Source: Macrostomum lignano (taxonomy: Eukaryota). From it: a stretch of 64,000 nucleotides of DNA. Under the pieces are notes generated by a model. It made no database searches, was not told the DNA's origin, and was given only the letters and a program-made list of their open reading frames with translations. The position numbers were made by a program, and so were the translations under genes. The stretch is from assembly GCA_002269645.1 (NCBI GenBank), contig NIVC01001988.1, forward strand, positions 124,001 to 188,000, read 5' to 3'. Below are positions 11,736-24,009 of this stretch, piece by piece. Numbering within the stretch: position 1 is the first letter of the stretch; every line of letters begins with the position of its first letter.

Positions 11736-14700
11736 ATGAGCTCAGAGCCCGGCACAGGTGCTCCTCTAGAAGCAGAAAAAGCAGACAACTCGGAGCATGA
11801 ACAACAGCAACAAACTTCAGAGGCTGCAGCGCCAGAATCGGCAGCTGTTGCTGGTGCGGCAGAGGCGCTGACAGAGGCCGGGGCTGCGGCTTCCGCATCT
11901 GCCACAGCGGCTGCAGTCGCTGCCGCAGCTTCAGCTTCCACCGCTCCATCGTCGGGGCAGCAGCCGGAAGCCACAGTTGAGCAGGCGGGCGACGCCCTGC
12001 TGCTGCAGGCGGCCGGCAAGCTGAGCATCGAGGAGCTGAGCAGGAACACCTTCCAGGCCATCTCCGACTATGTGAAGGGCGAGTTGGAGAGTGAGCGATT
12101 GGGCTGCTATGGGGCTAAGGGATTGCTTTTCTGTTTTCACCTTTACGAGTGCTTTCAGTTTATATCTGTCTGTCTGTCTGTCTGTCTGTATGTCTGTCTG
12201 CCTGTCTGTCTGCCTGTCTGCCTGTCTTTCTGTCTGTCTGTCTGTCTGTCTGTCTGCCTGTCTCTCTGTCTGTCTGCCTGTCTGTCTGTCTTCCTGTCTC
12301 TCTGTCTGTCTGTCTTTCTGTCTGTCTGCCTGTCTGTCTGTCTGCCTGTCTGTCTGCCTGTCTGTCTGTCTGTCTGTCTGTCTGTCTGCCTGTCTGTCTG
12401 CCTGTCTGTCTGTCTGCCTGTCTGTCTGTCTGTCTGTCTGTCTGTCTGCCTGTCTGTCTGCCTGTCTGTCTGTCTGCCTGTCTGTCTGTCTGCCTGTCTG
12501 TCTGCCTGTCTGTCTGTCTGTCTGTCTGTCTGTCTCCGCCGATCTATGTAACGAAGTTTTTTGTAGTTTCGACTCTCAGTGTTTTAGTCCGGCTATCAGT
12601 GACAATTAGAGTGACTTAGTCAAGAGGTTTAAAGCGCGGTTAAGTTTCCCTTTTGACATGTGACGCATGTACCCACCAATTCAATTAATGTATGTGTGTC
12701 TGTCTGTGTCTGTGCAGGTCTCTGTCTGTCTGACTGTATGTTTGTTTTTTTCGTGTCGTTCTTAGGTGCCTGTCTCTCGCTGTCTTCTCTCCTTCCCTTC
12801 CTCCGTTCATCTCTGCCATCTGTAGACTGTGAGCAGGAGTACAGGAATTCCCTATCGCGCCCCGCCGCCCCCGCAGTCACCATAGACGACTACGCCCTGC
12901 TAGTGGAGATGAACCGAGTGGCCACTCAGAAATACGCCGACATGCACAATGTGGCCAGCGGGGTCAGCAAGAGTCTGGAAGATCTCAATGAAAAATGTGA
13001 GCTCCGACTGTTGTCATGAGAGTTCACTTTGTACTTTTTTGTCACACCATGCTTTCTCTATTGCTAATTTTTAACTCAGACCGGGCTCTGCAGCCGTACC
13101 TGGACCAGGTGGACCATCTGGAGGCCAGCGTGACGCAGCTGGAGCAGGCGGCTTACCGGCTGGATGCCTACAGCAAGCGGCTGGGTGCGTTTGGGAATCT
13201 GGGATGCAGTTTAGGGGAGAATCTGGGATGCAGTTTAGAGGAGAATCTGGGATGCAGTAGGGGAGAATCTGGGATGCAGTTTAGGGGAAATCTGGGATGC
13301 AGTAGGGGAGAATGTGGGATGCAGTAGGGGAGAATCTGGGATGCAGTAGGGGAGAATCTGGGATGCAGTAGGGGAGAATCTGGGATGCAGTTTAGGGGAG
13401 AATCTGGGATGCAGTTTAGGGGAGAATCTGGGATGCAGTAGGGGAGAATCTGGGATGCAGTTTAGGGAGAATCTAGGATGCAGTTTAGGGGAGAATCTGG
13501 GATGCAGTAGGGGAGAATCTGGGATGCAGTTTAGGGGAGAATCTGGGATGCAGTTTAGGGGAGAATCTGGGATGCAGTTTAGGGGAGAATCTAGGATACA
13601 GTTTAGGGGAGAATCTGGGATGCAGTTTAGGGGAGAATCTGGGATGCAGTTTAGGGAGAATCTGGGATGCAGTTTAGGGGAGAATCAGGATGCAGTTTAG
13701 GGGAGAATCTGGGATGCAGTTTAGGGGAGAATCTGGGATGCAGTTTAGGGGAAATCTGGGATGCAGTTTAGGGAGAATCTGGGATGCAGTTTAGGGGAGA
13801 ATCTGGGATGCAGTTTAGGGGAGAATCAGGATGCAGTTTAGGGGAGAATCTGGGATGCAGTTTAGGGAGAATCTGGGATGCAGTTTAGGGGAGAATCTGG
13901 GATGCAGTTTAGGGAGAATCTGGGATGCAGTTTAGGGGAGAATCTGGGATGCAGTTTAGGGGAGAATCTGGGATGCAGTTTAGGGGAGAATCTGGGATGC
14001 AGTTTAGGGGAGAATCTGGGATGCAGTTTAGGGGAGAATCTGGGATGCAGTTTAGGGAGAATCTGGGATGCAGTTTAGGGAGAATCTTGGATGCAGTTTA
14101 GGGAGAATCTGGGATGCAGTTTAGGGGAGAATCAGGATGCAGTTTAGGGGAGAATCTGGGATGCAGTAGGGGAGAATCTGGGATGCAGTTTAGGGGAAAT
14201 CTGGGATGCAGTTTAGGGGAAAAATCTGGGATGCAGTTTAGGAGAGAATCTGGGATGCAGTTTAGGGGAGAATCAGGATGCAGTTTAGGGGAGAATCTGG
14301 GATGCAGTTTAGGGGAGAATCTGGGATGCAGTTTAGGGGAGAATCTGGGATGCAGTTTAGGGGAGAATCTGGGATGCAGTTTAGGGGAGAATCTGGGATG
14401 CAGTTTCGGGAGAATCTTGGATGCAGTTTAGGGGAGAATCTGGGATGCAGTTTAGGGGAGAATCTGGGATGCAGTTTAGGGGAGAATCTGGGATGCAGTT
14501 AAGGGGAAATCTGGGATGCAGTTTCGGGGAGAATCTGGGATGCAGTAGGGGAGAATCTGGGATGCAGTTTAGGGGAGAATCTGGGATGCAGTAGGGGAGA
14601 ATCTGGGATGCAGTTTAGGGGAGAATCTGGGATGCAGTTTAGGGGAGAATCTGGGATGCAGTTTAGAGGAGAATCTGGGATGCAGTAGGGGAGAATCTGG

Positions 14701-15833
14701 GATGCAGTTTAGGGGAGAATCTGGGATGCAGTTTAGGGGAGAATCTGGGATGCAGTTTAGGGGAGAATCTGGGATGCAGTTTAGGGGAGAATCTGGGATG
14801 CAGTTTAGGGGAGAATCTGGGATGCAGTTTAGGGGAGAATCTGGGATGCAGTTTAGGGGAGAATCTGGGATGCAGTTTAGGGGAGAATCTGGGATGCAGT
14901 TTAGGGGAGAATCTGGGATGCAGTTTAGGGGAGAATCTGGGATGCAGTTTAGGGGAGAATCTGGGATGCAGTTTAGGGAGAATCCGGGATGCAGTTTAGG
15001 GGAGAATCTGGGATGCAGTTTAGGGAGAATCTGGGATGCAGTTTAGGGGAGAATCTGGGATGCAGTTTAGGGGAGAATCTGGGATGCAGTTTAGGGGAGA
15101 ATCTGGGTCTCTGGGATGCAGTTTAGGGGAGAATCTGGGATGCAGTTAAGGGGAGAATCTGGGATGCAGTTTAGGGAGAATCTTGGATGCAGTTTAGGGG
15201 AGAATCTGGGATGCAGTTTAGGGGAGAATCTGGGATGCAGTTTAAGGGAGAATCTGGGATGCAGTTTAGGGGAGAATCTGGGATGCAGTTTAGGGGAGAA
15301 TCTGGGATGCAGTTTAGGGGAGAATCTGGGATGCAGTTTAGGGAGAATCTGGGATGCAGTTTAGGGGAGAATCTGGGATGCAGTTTAGGGGAGAATCTGG
15401 GATGCAGTTTAGGGGAGAATCTGGGATGCAGTTTAGGGGAGAATCAGGATGCAGTTTAGGGGAGAATCTGGGATGCAGTTTAGGGGAGAATCTGGGATGC
15501 AGTTTAGGGGAGAATCTGGGATGCAGTTTAGGGGAGAATCTGGGATGCAGTTTAGGGGAGAATCTGGGATGCAGTTTAGGGGAGAATCTGGGATGCAGTT
15601 TAGGGGAGAATCTGGGATGCAGTTTCGGGGAGAATCTGGGATGCAGTTTAGGGGAGAATCTGGGTCTCTGGGATGCAGTTTAGGGGAGAATCTGGGTCTC
15701 TGGGATGCAGTTTAGGGGAGAATCTAGGATGCAGTTTAGGGTAAATCTGGGATGCTGGCTTGAGAGGAATCCTCACTCATTTCCCGCTGTTGCTCTTCCA
15801 GAAGCGAAGTTCAAATCGCTGGAGAAGAGATGA
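11736..15833 (+). CDS. BLOC1S2: BLOC-1 subunit 2 (4 exons: 11736-12090, 12877-12996, 13080-13184, 15802-15833)
   Basis: The spliced product reads ..[106 protein letters not shown], matching the BLOC1S2 C-terminus. All three introns are GT-AG and phase-compatible. Ala-rich N-terminal extension. Confidence 0.95.
12163..12535. repeat. (CTGT)n/(CTGC) microsatellite in BLOC1S2 intron 1
   Basis: Directly visible tetranucleotide run. Confidence 0.97.
13181..15765. repeat. 24-bp minisatellite (CTGGGATGCAGTTTAGGGGAGAAT), about 105-110 copies, filling BLOC1S2 intron 3
   Basis: Directly visible; gives the MQFRGESG 8-aa periodic ORFs. Confidence 0.98.
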
Positions 15834-16225
15834 TGAGCTGTCTGAGTTTCAACACGGAACCGGACTTTCAAGTGTCTCGCTTGTGCATCGTTTCTCATTT
15901 CCCTTTCCATTGATTGCATAATCCCATTTTCATGCCCTAGTTTGCATAAGCAGTGATGTTTATGTTCTTAGTTGTAGAAGATTGAAGTTGAAACAGATGC
16001 GTATTTAACATTTTTCTGATTACATACAAGTAGAATAATATATCACGCATGTCAATAATTATCGGTATGATTTTTTTACAATTCTGGTTCTCATTAAGTA
16101 TAGTTTATCTGCGTGTGCTAGACAGTATCTATTAGATGTATTGAATTTACATCGATAACTGCGTATCATTTTATTTTTTCTCTTTTCCTATTACCTACTT
16201 GCAGTAGACTATTAAGCTAGCATTG

Positions 16226-16735
16226 GAGTAGATGCGGTAGAGCTTTGAGTAGATGCGGTACATTATTCAGTAGTTCCAGTACAGTTTTGAGTAGATGCGG
16301 CGGTGTAGATTTGACTAGATGCGGTGCGGTATTGAGTAGATGCGGTGCAGTTTTGAGTAGATGCGGCGGTGCAGTTTTGGGTAGATGCGGTGCAGTTTTG
16401 AGTAGATGCGGTGCAGTTTTGAGTGGATGCGGTGCAGTTTTGAGTGGATGCGGTGCAGTTTTGAGTGGATGCGGTGCAGTTTTGAGTAGATGTGGTGCAG
16501 ATTTGAGTAGATGCGGTGCAGTTTTGAGTAGATGCGGTGCAGTTTTGAGTAGATGCGGTGCAGTTTTGAGTAGATGCGGTGCCGTTTTGAGTAGATGCGG
16601 CGGTGCAGTTTTGGGTAGATGCGGTGCGGTTTTGAGTAGATGCGGTGCAGTTTTAAGTAGATGCGGCGGTGCAGTTTTGAGTAGATGCGGTGCAGTTTTG
16701 GGTAGATGCGGTGCAGTTTTGAGTGGATGCGGTGC
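16226..16735. repeat. 21-bp minisatellite (GTAGATGCGGTGCAGTTTTGA), left half, interrupted by a LINE
   Basis: Directly visible; the same unit resumes at 22635. Confidence 0.97.
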
Positions 16736-16832
16736 TTGACTTACTTGACTTAGCTGCAGGGCTGTCCCGGAGGGGACACAGCGGGAAGGCGCGGGCGCCC
16801 ATTCCGCTAGTCCCTGAACGGCCGACGCGTCG

Positions 16833-19800
16833 CTATGGACGGAGGGTTGGCGCCGCCCAGGGAGGTCCCCCAGTGTCGCCAGCAGCTATGGTGCTCTCTG
16901 GAAAGGAGAGTTCAGCCCTGCGGGTGGCCCGAAGGTAGCGCATGAGCTGATTAAAGTTTTCGGGTTTGCACGCTTCAGTAATAGATGTGTGTGGCCCGAG
17001 GTAAGTGAGTCTGGCCCGCGTGAAGGCGGGACAGATGCTGACGAAATGCTCAGCGGTTTCGTCACCTGAGTTGCAGAAACTACAGGTGGCGTTGGTGGCG
17101 TTGCCCTGCAAGTACTGGTGCCTGGAGAAGCAGCCGTGACCAGAGAGGGTCATGGTGGCAGCCCGGATGTCTCTGCGCGAGAGGCGCAAGAGGAGCTTCC
17201 GGAGCTGGTGAGAGGGCTGAGGGACAGCGCCTCTGGATTGCCTGCAGTTCGTGCGGTTCGCCCAAGTCGAGCGGTGCTGAGTCCTGATCCACGCTTTGAT
17301 GCGCGAGTCGATGACACAGCCAGGAATCGGGACAAGAGGTTCGGGGCCGAGAGAGGAGCCGGAGGCACCAACTTTTGCAAGGGTGTCAGCCAACTCATTT
17401 CCTCGGATCCCCACATGCCCCGGAACCCACTTAAGGGTAATTTTGTTGGCGGAACCCAACACATTGAGGAGTTTGATACAGTCAAGGACTGTAGTAGAGT
17501 TGGTGCTGCAGCCACTGATGGCGTGCAAGGCAGCTTGGCTGTCCGAATGGAAAATGATGTTCTTACCAGTAACGCCAGTGGCGAGAAGCTCTGCAGTGCA
17601 GGAGCTGATGGCCAGAACTTCATTTTGGAAAACACTGGAGTTGACCCCAGTGTATTGAGCGTGGGTAGCGATGACCCTCCCGTTCAGAAAGATTCCAACA
17701 CCAAAGCCGGTGTTGGCTGACTGCTTAGAACCGTCGGTGTAGCAATGAAGCTCACCAGGGTTCCAATGGTCATTGATGTTATCGCGCGAGTCGATAGCTA
17801 CGGAGTAGCGCTGTCTCAGGTTGAGCGTTGAGGCAATGCCATCGGTGAAGACGCGATTGGCCTGACACTCGTTGAGAAAGTTGAGGCACAGATCGCTATG
17901 CGGGACAAGGTTCCGCTTAGCAGGTGCTCTCATGTAAATGAATTTGACGCCGGCATCAATTAGACGCCGCGTCGTTCTAGCCGCCTCACCCCTGATGAAG
18001 AGGTCAAGAGGCGGAAGATTAAGAAAGGCCCCCATGCCAGCAAAGGGCGTGGACCTGGTGGCGTTGCAGATGAGCCTACACGCTCTGCCTTGGATCGTGT
18101 TGAGCAGGTCTGCATGGCTTTTGACCTGGGTAGCGCTAACCCAGACAACAGAGGCGTACGTAATGGCAGGTCTAACTACGGAAGTATAGATCCACCAAAG
18201 CCGCTTTGGGGATAGACCCCAAGAAGTGCCAAGTGCTCGTCGGAGCTGGGCCAGGATGGCTGAGGCACGCTTAGCTTTTGCTTTCACGTGGAAGGACCAG
18301 TTGAGCCGGTGGTCAAGTGTGACCCCGAGACATCTGGTCTGGTGCGCGAAGGCAATATCTCTGCCGTAGAGCTGCAGAGGACGTATGTTCCAGCGTAGTC
18401 TGCTGGTAAACATAATGGCAACGGTTTTGGGCTCAGAGAGTTCCAAACCATTGTCATTGGCCCAGGATTCTGCTTTGCGGATAAAGCTCTGCATCAGATC
18501 CCTGAGCGTGCTGGGAGACGGTCCTGCCACAATGGCCGTGACGTCATCAGCATACCCGACTTTGAAGACGGGGTCAGGTCGGGAGTCACTCAGAAGAGCG
18601 TCCATGACCAGGTTCCAGAGCGTCGGGGTGAGGACTCCGCCTTGGGGTCCACCCTTACAGACTCTGGTGGAGGCAGTTTGCCCAAGAAGTTGGGCAGTGA
18701 CCGTACGGTTGGAGATCATGTACATGATCCACCGTATGAGGGTAGCATGAGCTTTGCGATTTTGAAGGGCCCTCTGAAACGCTTCAAAGATAACGTTGTC
18801 GAAGGCGCCAACAATGTCAAGAAAGAGAGCCAGGGCGTAACCGTCACCCAGTACCGCCCGTTCAATCTTTTCGACAATCGCATGCAGGGCGCTGTCAGTC
18901 GACCTCCCGGTACGGAAGGCGTGCTGATTATTGCTGAGGGGCATCGCTGTCAGCTCGCAGGAGAGCAGCCGCCAGAGAATAAGCCTCTCAGTGAGCTTAA
19001 GCATTGCTGACGTTAAGCTAATTGGCCGGAAGGCCTTGACGCTTTGGTAGTCACCCTTCCCAGGTTTGGGAATAAAGACTACTCGAGCTTCAGTCCAGCT
19101 TTTGGGAACGTATCCCAGCTGGATAGAGGCCCGCATAAGATTGCGGGTGAGTCTCAGGAACGAGGGTATCTTGGCTGCTTCACGAAGGAGAACAGGGTAG
19201 ATACCATCAGGTCCAGGAGATTTGAAGGGTTTGAAGGTTCTGACCGCACGAGCGATTAGGTCTTCAGTGACAATGCCCGCCGCTAGGGTGGCTCCATCCA
19301 TCGAATGGTTGGGCTCCGGTCTAGCAGTGGTACCCTCGGGAAGAATGTGCTAAGCATATGCTGAAGCACTTCTTCAGGGTCTTTAGTAAGAGAGCCATCA
19401 TCTTTTTTGATCATGGCTAATTTGGACATTTTGTCCATTGTAAGGGCCTTGACAAGCCTAGAAGTAGGTCTGTCTTGATCCAATTCATTGCAGAATTGGC
19501 GCCACTTACATTCCTTGGCCTTGCGCACTTCAGATTTGAAATTGCGGGAGGCTTGCCGGAAAAGCTCCATGTCCTCCGGGTTTCCGGTCTTCATGGCACG
19601 GCGATGAAGGCTTTTGGCCTTCCGCCTGAGTTTCCCCAGCTCCGGGTTCCACCACGGCGCCGAGGTCTTGCCTCTGTAGGCGCGAGCAGGACAAGCCGCT
19701 TCGTAGGCTGCAATAATGCAACCTGTCAGCGTCTCAGCCATATGATCCACATCCTCGCAGGTCTCAATCGGACGTAAGTCCGTGAGTTCCTGCAGGTGCA

Positions 19801-20571
19801 GATCAAGGGCAGCCTTGTAGGCCGCCCAATCAGTGTTGCGGATATTGCGTCTCCAAGTGATCGGAGACTGGGTTTTAGTGTCCGCGATATTAAAGGCAAT
19901 AAAGCAGTGGTCAGACAGGGAGGGCTCCTCAGACCAGACTCTCCACTCCTTGACTCTGTCAAAGAGTCTTGGGGTAACGAGTGTGGCGTCGAGGACCTCG
20001 GTCCATCTGCCATTATTAAAGGTAGGAGTGCTGCCGCGGTTGCAGAGCATGAGGTTTGTGTTAGAGATAAGGGCCAGAAGCTCCTCTCCTCTAGTGTTGG
20101 TATCTTTGCTGCCCCAGTGCTTGTGGTGCGCGTTGAGGTCGCCCCCTAAGCACAGCTCAGCGTTCTGGGACTCGCAGTACTGCGCAAGGCGCAGTAAACT
20201 CTCGGAGCAGGGTCTCTGTCGCCTGGGATATAAACCGAGGCAACAAGACACGTACGCGGAGAGAAATGATTAGATTGGATGACGCAAAGGTCTCCATCAG
20301 AGAGATCAGTCCTCAGCCAAGCCTGGAGATGGCTAGCAGCGAGGATAGCCGCTCTAGGGCGGCTGTTCCCCGGGCCACACACATAAAAATCAGAGTAGCC
20401 AGAGGGAATGTTGGGCAACTTACCGTTGCGCATCCAGGGTTCCTGGATCAGGATGAGGCCTGGCCTGTACAGCTCAGCAATCTTCATCAGATTTACTGAC
20501 GCAGATACGCAATGCTGTAAATTTATTTGCAGACAGAATGTCGCTCCTTTGGCAGCGTGGAGCTTAGTCAT
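16833..20571 (-). CDS. LINE ORF2: AP endonuclease, reverse transcriptase, RNase H, C-terminal CCHC; two apparent single-base frameshifts (about 20210 and about 19335)
   Basis: APE: LQINLQH, LIQEPW, GGDLNAHH..WGS, SDH. RT: KSPGPDG, FRPISL, FLDIVGAFD, PQGG, YADD, LGVTLD. RNase H: YTDGS, EVLAI, HSDSQAA, KWVPGH..GNELAD. Zn finger: CSFC..H..C. Confidence 0.93.
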
Positions 20572-20594
20572 ACTGTATTAAATGCAATATCTGG

Positions 20595-22172
20595 CTAGAG
20601 CCCAGGGCCATCAAGGAGACTTGGACAACAGATCGTCCTCGTCCCAGGCCGCTGGGGCTTGACTGGGAGATGGGAGTTGGTCGACGTCCATGGCCTCCTC
20701 ACCCCCACCGGCCCCCCAGCAGAGTCCTCAGGCTCCGATGACAGGATGGAGGAAGCTTCCTCACCTGCATCTTTACCTTCAGACCCCACCAAGGTGGCCG
20801 AGGAGAGCTCGGATTCCGAAGACCCGGCCTCGTCCTCAACTCCTTCTCCGACTGGCAGGTTTGGTTCCCGGGGCTCGGCCGGAGCCGTTACCGCGGTCGC
20901 CGAACTGCTGCTAGCAGAGGGGCGAGATGCAGCTTTGGCTTTGGGATCGGCTTGCGCCTTTCCTTGGGCCTTAGACTGCGCCCCGCTCTTGCCGGAGATG
21001 CCGGGGTTGGCAGTAGCCTTCCCTTTGGCCGACTTTCCTCGGCGCAACTTGAGCTTGAGGGCACCCAGCTGGAAAGAGGATCCATTAGGGTACCGACTCG
21101 CCCAAGTGCTGGAAAGGCCGAGGACAATTGAGTTGCCCGTCTCCCCCCTGCGGACTTTACGGTGATACACCAGTCCACTAGCAGGGAGGTCGGGGTTCAG
21201 ACGCAGTAGGACCCGGCGAATAACGTCTGGTCCAGCTGCGGTGCTCTTAGCAGGGACGAAAACCACATAGGGTATCGTCTTTGGACGCTGGCCCTCGCGA
21301 AGAAAAAGAGCTCCGCCAAGGTCAGCATCCAAGGAGACCGTCGGTAGCCGCTGGAGCAGCCGCCGAGCGTCCTCCTCGCTGCTAGGAGCAATAAGAACGA
21401 ATGTGCTTCGCAGCACCATCCGCTCAACGCCGATGGAGATTCCCTCCTCGACAGTCAGCTCAATCAGATAGGAGTCAACAGCACTCCACACTTTTTGAAG
21501 CTGATCAGTGGTCCAGTCCTGGTCGCGACCTTGGATGATCACTCCCGGGATTTTGGCCTTGGCCTTCGCCGCAAAGGTAGCTCCCGAAGGAACCTCCTTG
21601 TTGGCAGTGGCCATTTGTTGCGCCGTGGTTTCGGCCTCAGCAGCCGCGGCAGCAGCTCCAGGGAGCGCCGCCGCTGAACTACTGGAGCTTCCACCGGCCG
21701 GCCCGCCTGGTTGCCTTGGGACTCCAGTCGCTTCAGCATCCATGGTGGACGCCGCCGCTTTGGCCCCCGCAGCTCCCTTCTTGGCCTGCCTTTTGGCGCG
21801 TTGTTTAGCGCGTTTGCGCTCAAGCCGAGCCCGCTGAGCTTCATCGGATCTGCCAGATTTGGCCGGTCCTTTAGGCTCAGAGCTCGCGGTTCCCTTAGAT
21901 CCACCAGCGGAGCTGGCAGGTCTTAGGGTATTTTGAGTTTGGTAGCTCTGGTCGGATCTGCCAGCAGAGCCAGCCGGTCCTTCCTTTGCCACAGTTGAAT
22001 CAGTCGGTTGGGATCTGCCAGCAGGGCCGGCCGGTCCTTCGGACTGAGGTTGGGGTTTAGAAGGGTCCCCATCCCTAGAAATAGCTTGTTTATCCATAGT
22101 CGGCTCGAAGGCCATGATAAAAGGTTGGTGGGCTACCCTCAAAGGGGCGCGGTACCCACCCGGCCGCTCCAC
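20595..22172 (-). CDS. LINE ORF1 (gag-like; no CCHC knuckle; DUF4780-like central domain)
   Basis: 525-aa open frame directly upstream of ORF2, with low-complexity basic ends and central ..VFVPAK..IRRVLLRLNPDLP.. The true start may be a downstream ATG. Confidence 0.8.
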   Translation of the reverse strand: MERPGGYRAPLRVAHQPFIMAFEPTMDKQAISRDGDPSKPQPQSEGPAGPAGRSQPTDSTVAKEGPAGSAGRSDQSYQTQNTLRPASSAGGSKGTASSEPKGPAKSGRSDEAQRARLERKRAKQRAKRQAKKGAAGAKAAASTMDAEATGVPRQPGGPAGGSSSSSAAALPGAAAAAAEAETTAQQMATANKEVPSGATFAAKAKAKIPGVIIQGRDQDWTTDQLQKVWSAVDSYLIELTVEEGISIGVERMVLRSTFVLIAPSSEEDARRLLQRLPTVSLDADLGGALFLREGQRPKTIPYVVFVPAKSTAAGPDVIRRVLLRLNPDLPASGLVYHRKVRRGETGNSIVLGLSSTWASRYPNGSSFQLGALKLKLRRGKSAKGKATANPGISGKSGAQSKAQGKAQADPKAKAASRPSASSSSATAVTAPAEPREPNLPVGEGVEDEAGSSESELSSATLVGSEGKDAGEEASSILSSEPEDSAGGPVGVRRPWTSTNSHLPVKPQRPGTRTICCPSLLDGPGL

Positions 22173-22634
22173 CTGACCGGGCAGTAGGCCAATAGCACCC
22201 TCAAGGCTGGCCCGACACCAGGAGGGGGACCGCTTGCGACCGGACTACTCCCCGGCCTTCCAGCCCATCGGCACGGTCAACACCTTAGGCATTAGAGAGT
22301 ACGTTGAGCAGTACCACGGCCTGCAGGTTGGCGAGCCAGACCCGCATACCCAAATTCGGCCGAAGCCACTGGATAGGGTCGCCAGCGCCGGAGCCCAGTC
22401 TGTCCAGCAGCCCTAGGGACTGCCTTGAACACACGCGGGGACGAGTACCCTGGGTCGACTTGCGAGACAGCGTGGGGGGGGGGTCTGCGGCTGCCAGAGG
22501 CAAATAGAGGGTGCAGACCTCCCACCAGCCTTGACCTGCTGAAGATAGGGGCAGGCGTGAAGCATCGCAGACCTTAGCCCATGGGCCTAGTCTGTCTCAT
22601 ACTTCACTGGCATGCTGAATACGCCTTCGCGTGC

Positions 22635-23216
22635 GGATGCGGTGCAGTTTTGAGTAGATGCGGCGGTGCAGTTTTGGGTAGATGCGGTGCAGTTTTGAGT
22701 GGATGCGGTGCAGTTTTGAGTGGATGCGGTGCAGTTTTGAGTAGATTCGGTGCAGTTTTTTAGTAGATGCGGTGCAGGTTTGAGTAGATGCGGTGCAGAT
22801 TTGAGTAGATGCGGTGCAGATTTGAGTAGATGCGGTGCCGTTTTTTAATAGATGCGGTGCGGTATTGAGTAGATGCGGTGCGGTATTGAGTAGATGCGGT
22901 GCAGTTTTGGGTAGATGTGGTGCAGTTTTGAGTGGATGCGGTGCAGTTTTGAGTAGATGCGGTGCAGTTTTTAGTAGATGCGGTGCAGTTTTTTAGTAGA
23001 TGCGGTGCAGTTTTGAGTAGATGCGGTGCAGTTTTGAGTAGATGCGGTGCAGTTTTGAGTAGATGCGGTGCAGTTTTGAGTAGATGCGGTGCAGTTTTGA
23101 GTAGATGCGGTGCAGTTTTGAGTAGATGCGGCGCAGTTTTTTAGTAGATGCGGTGCAGTTTTGAGTAGATGCGGTGCAGTTTTGAGTAGATGCGGTGCAG
23201 TTTTTTAGTAGATGCA
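22635..23216. repeat. 21-bp minisatellite, right half, ending just before the UBE3D-like ATG
   Basis: Same unit as 16226-16735. Confidence 0.97.
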
Positions 23217-23218
23217 CG

Positions 23219-23978
23219 ATGCCCCTCCATCCCCTGCATGCCGCAATGCCGTCCGCCACAGCCGCCGCCCCCGGCTCCCTGCAGCTGTCCGCCATTTACT
23301 CGTATTCGTTCAAGAAGGTGAGCATCTGCCTGCACGCGGCCCAGGACTCCGCTGACGCTATCGGCATCGGCGGCTCCCGCTGCCTGCAGCTCAGCCAGCC
23401 CAACCGCGTCACCGTTGAACTGGCCGACGGTCAGCGGCGCACTGTCGAGCTGGAGGGCCTCCGCCTGGAGCCCATCACCTGTTCGGGCCTGCGCCGGCAG
23501 TCGCCAGCCGTGCCGGGCTGCGGAGTCGAACTCAGCGTCTCCGCCGTCGCCGAGGACGACGAAGACCACATCGCAGCCGGCGTCGTCGACGAATTCGCCG
23601 CCGCCGACAAAGCGACCATCGACAGGGTGGCTGGCCTGATCCGGGAGGCCCGCGGCCTGCTCTGCAGCTTCTGCTCAGCCAGCCTGGCCGACCTGAGCCG
23701 CGTGCTGGAGGTGAGCACCGCGCCAGTGGCTGCCAGTGCCGACGGACTGCACGAAGCCGCGGCCGCCTACTTCTGCCACGTCGACCACGCCGACGAGCGC
23801 CGACTGGTCGCTAAAGCTTCGTCCGCGGCGACACCTCGGCCGGGCGAGTGTCGCTATGACGGTGTCGACCTGACGCTGCCGGGTACCTATATCATCGCCG
23901 AGGCCATCCAGAATGTCAGCAGCGGCAGCAGCGGAGGCCTCGTCGTTTGCGCCCGCTGCCGCTCGCCCGTCGGCTTCT

Positions 23979-24009
<31 letters not shown>

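Larger units (their letters stand above)
16736..22634 (-). mobile_element. Full-length non-LTR retrotransposon, LOA-like (ORF1 + APE-RT-RNase H)
   Basis: Two ORFs, a 5' UTR of about 460 nt, a 3' tail (TAAGTCAAG)x2, and a candidate 11-bp TSD GGATGCGGTGC (16725-16735, 22635-22645). The clade call rests on RT motif GGPQGGVLTPTLWNL..YADD, the RNase H domain and the ORF1 type, and is an inference. Confidence 0.92.

Noticed and set aside
19283-20251. Programmed ribosomal frameshifting within LINE ORF2
   Set aside because: No slippery heptamer seen at either shift, and the shifts fall inside or between conserved domains; indel error or mutation is simpler.
22440-22634. HDV-like ribozyme at the LINE 5' end
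   Set aside because: An L3-like UUCACG is present, but matching P3 and P1 strands and the following GG could not be found by eye.
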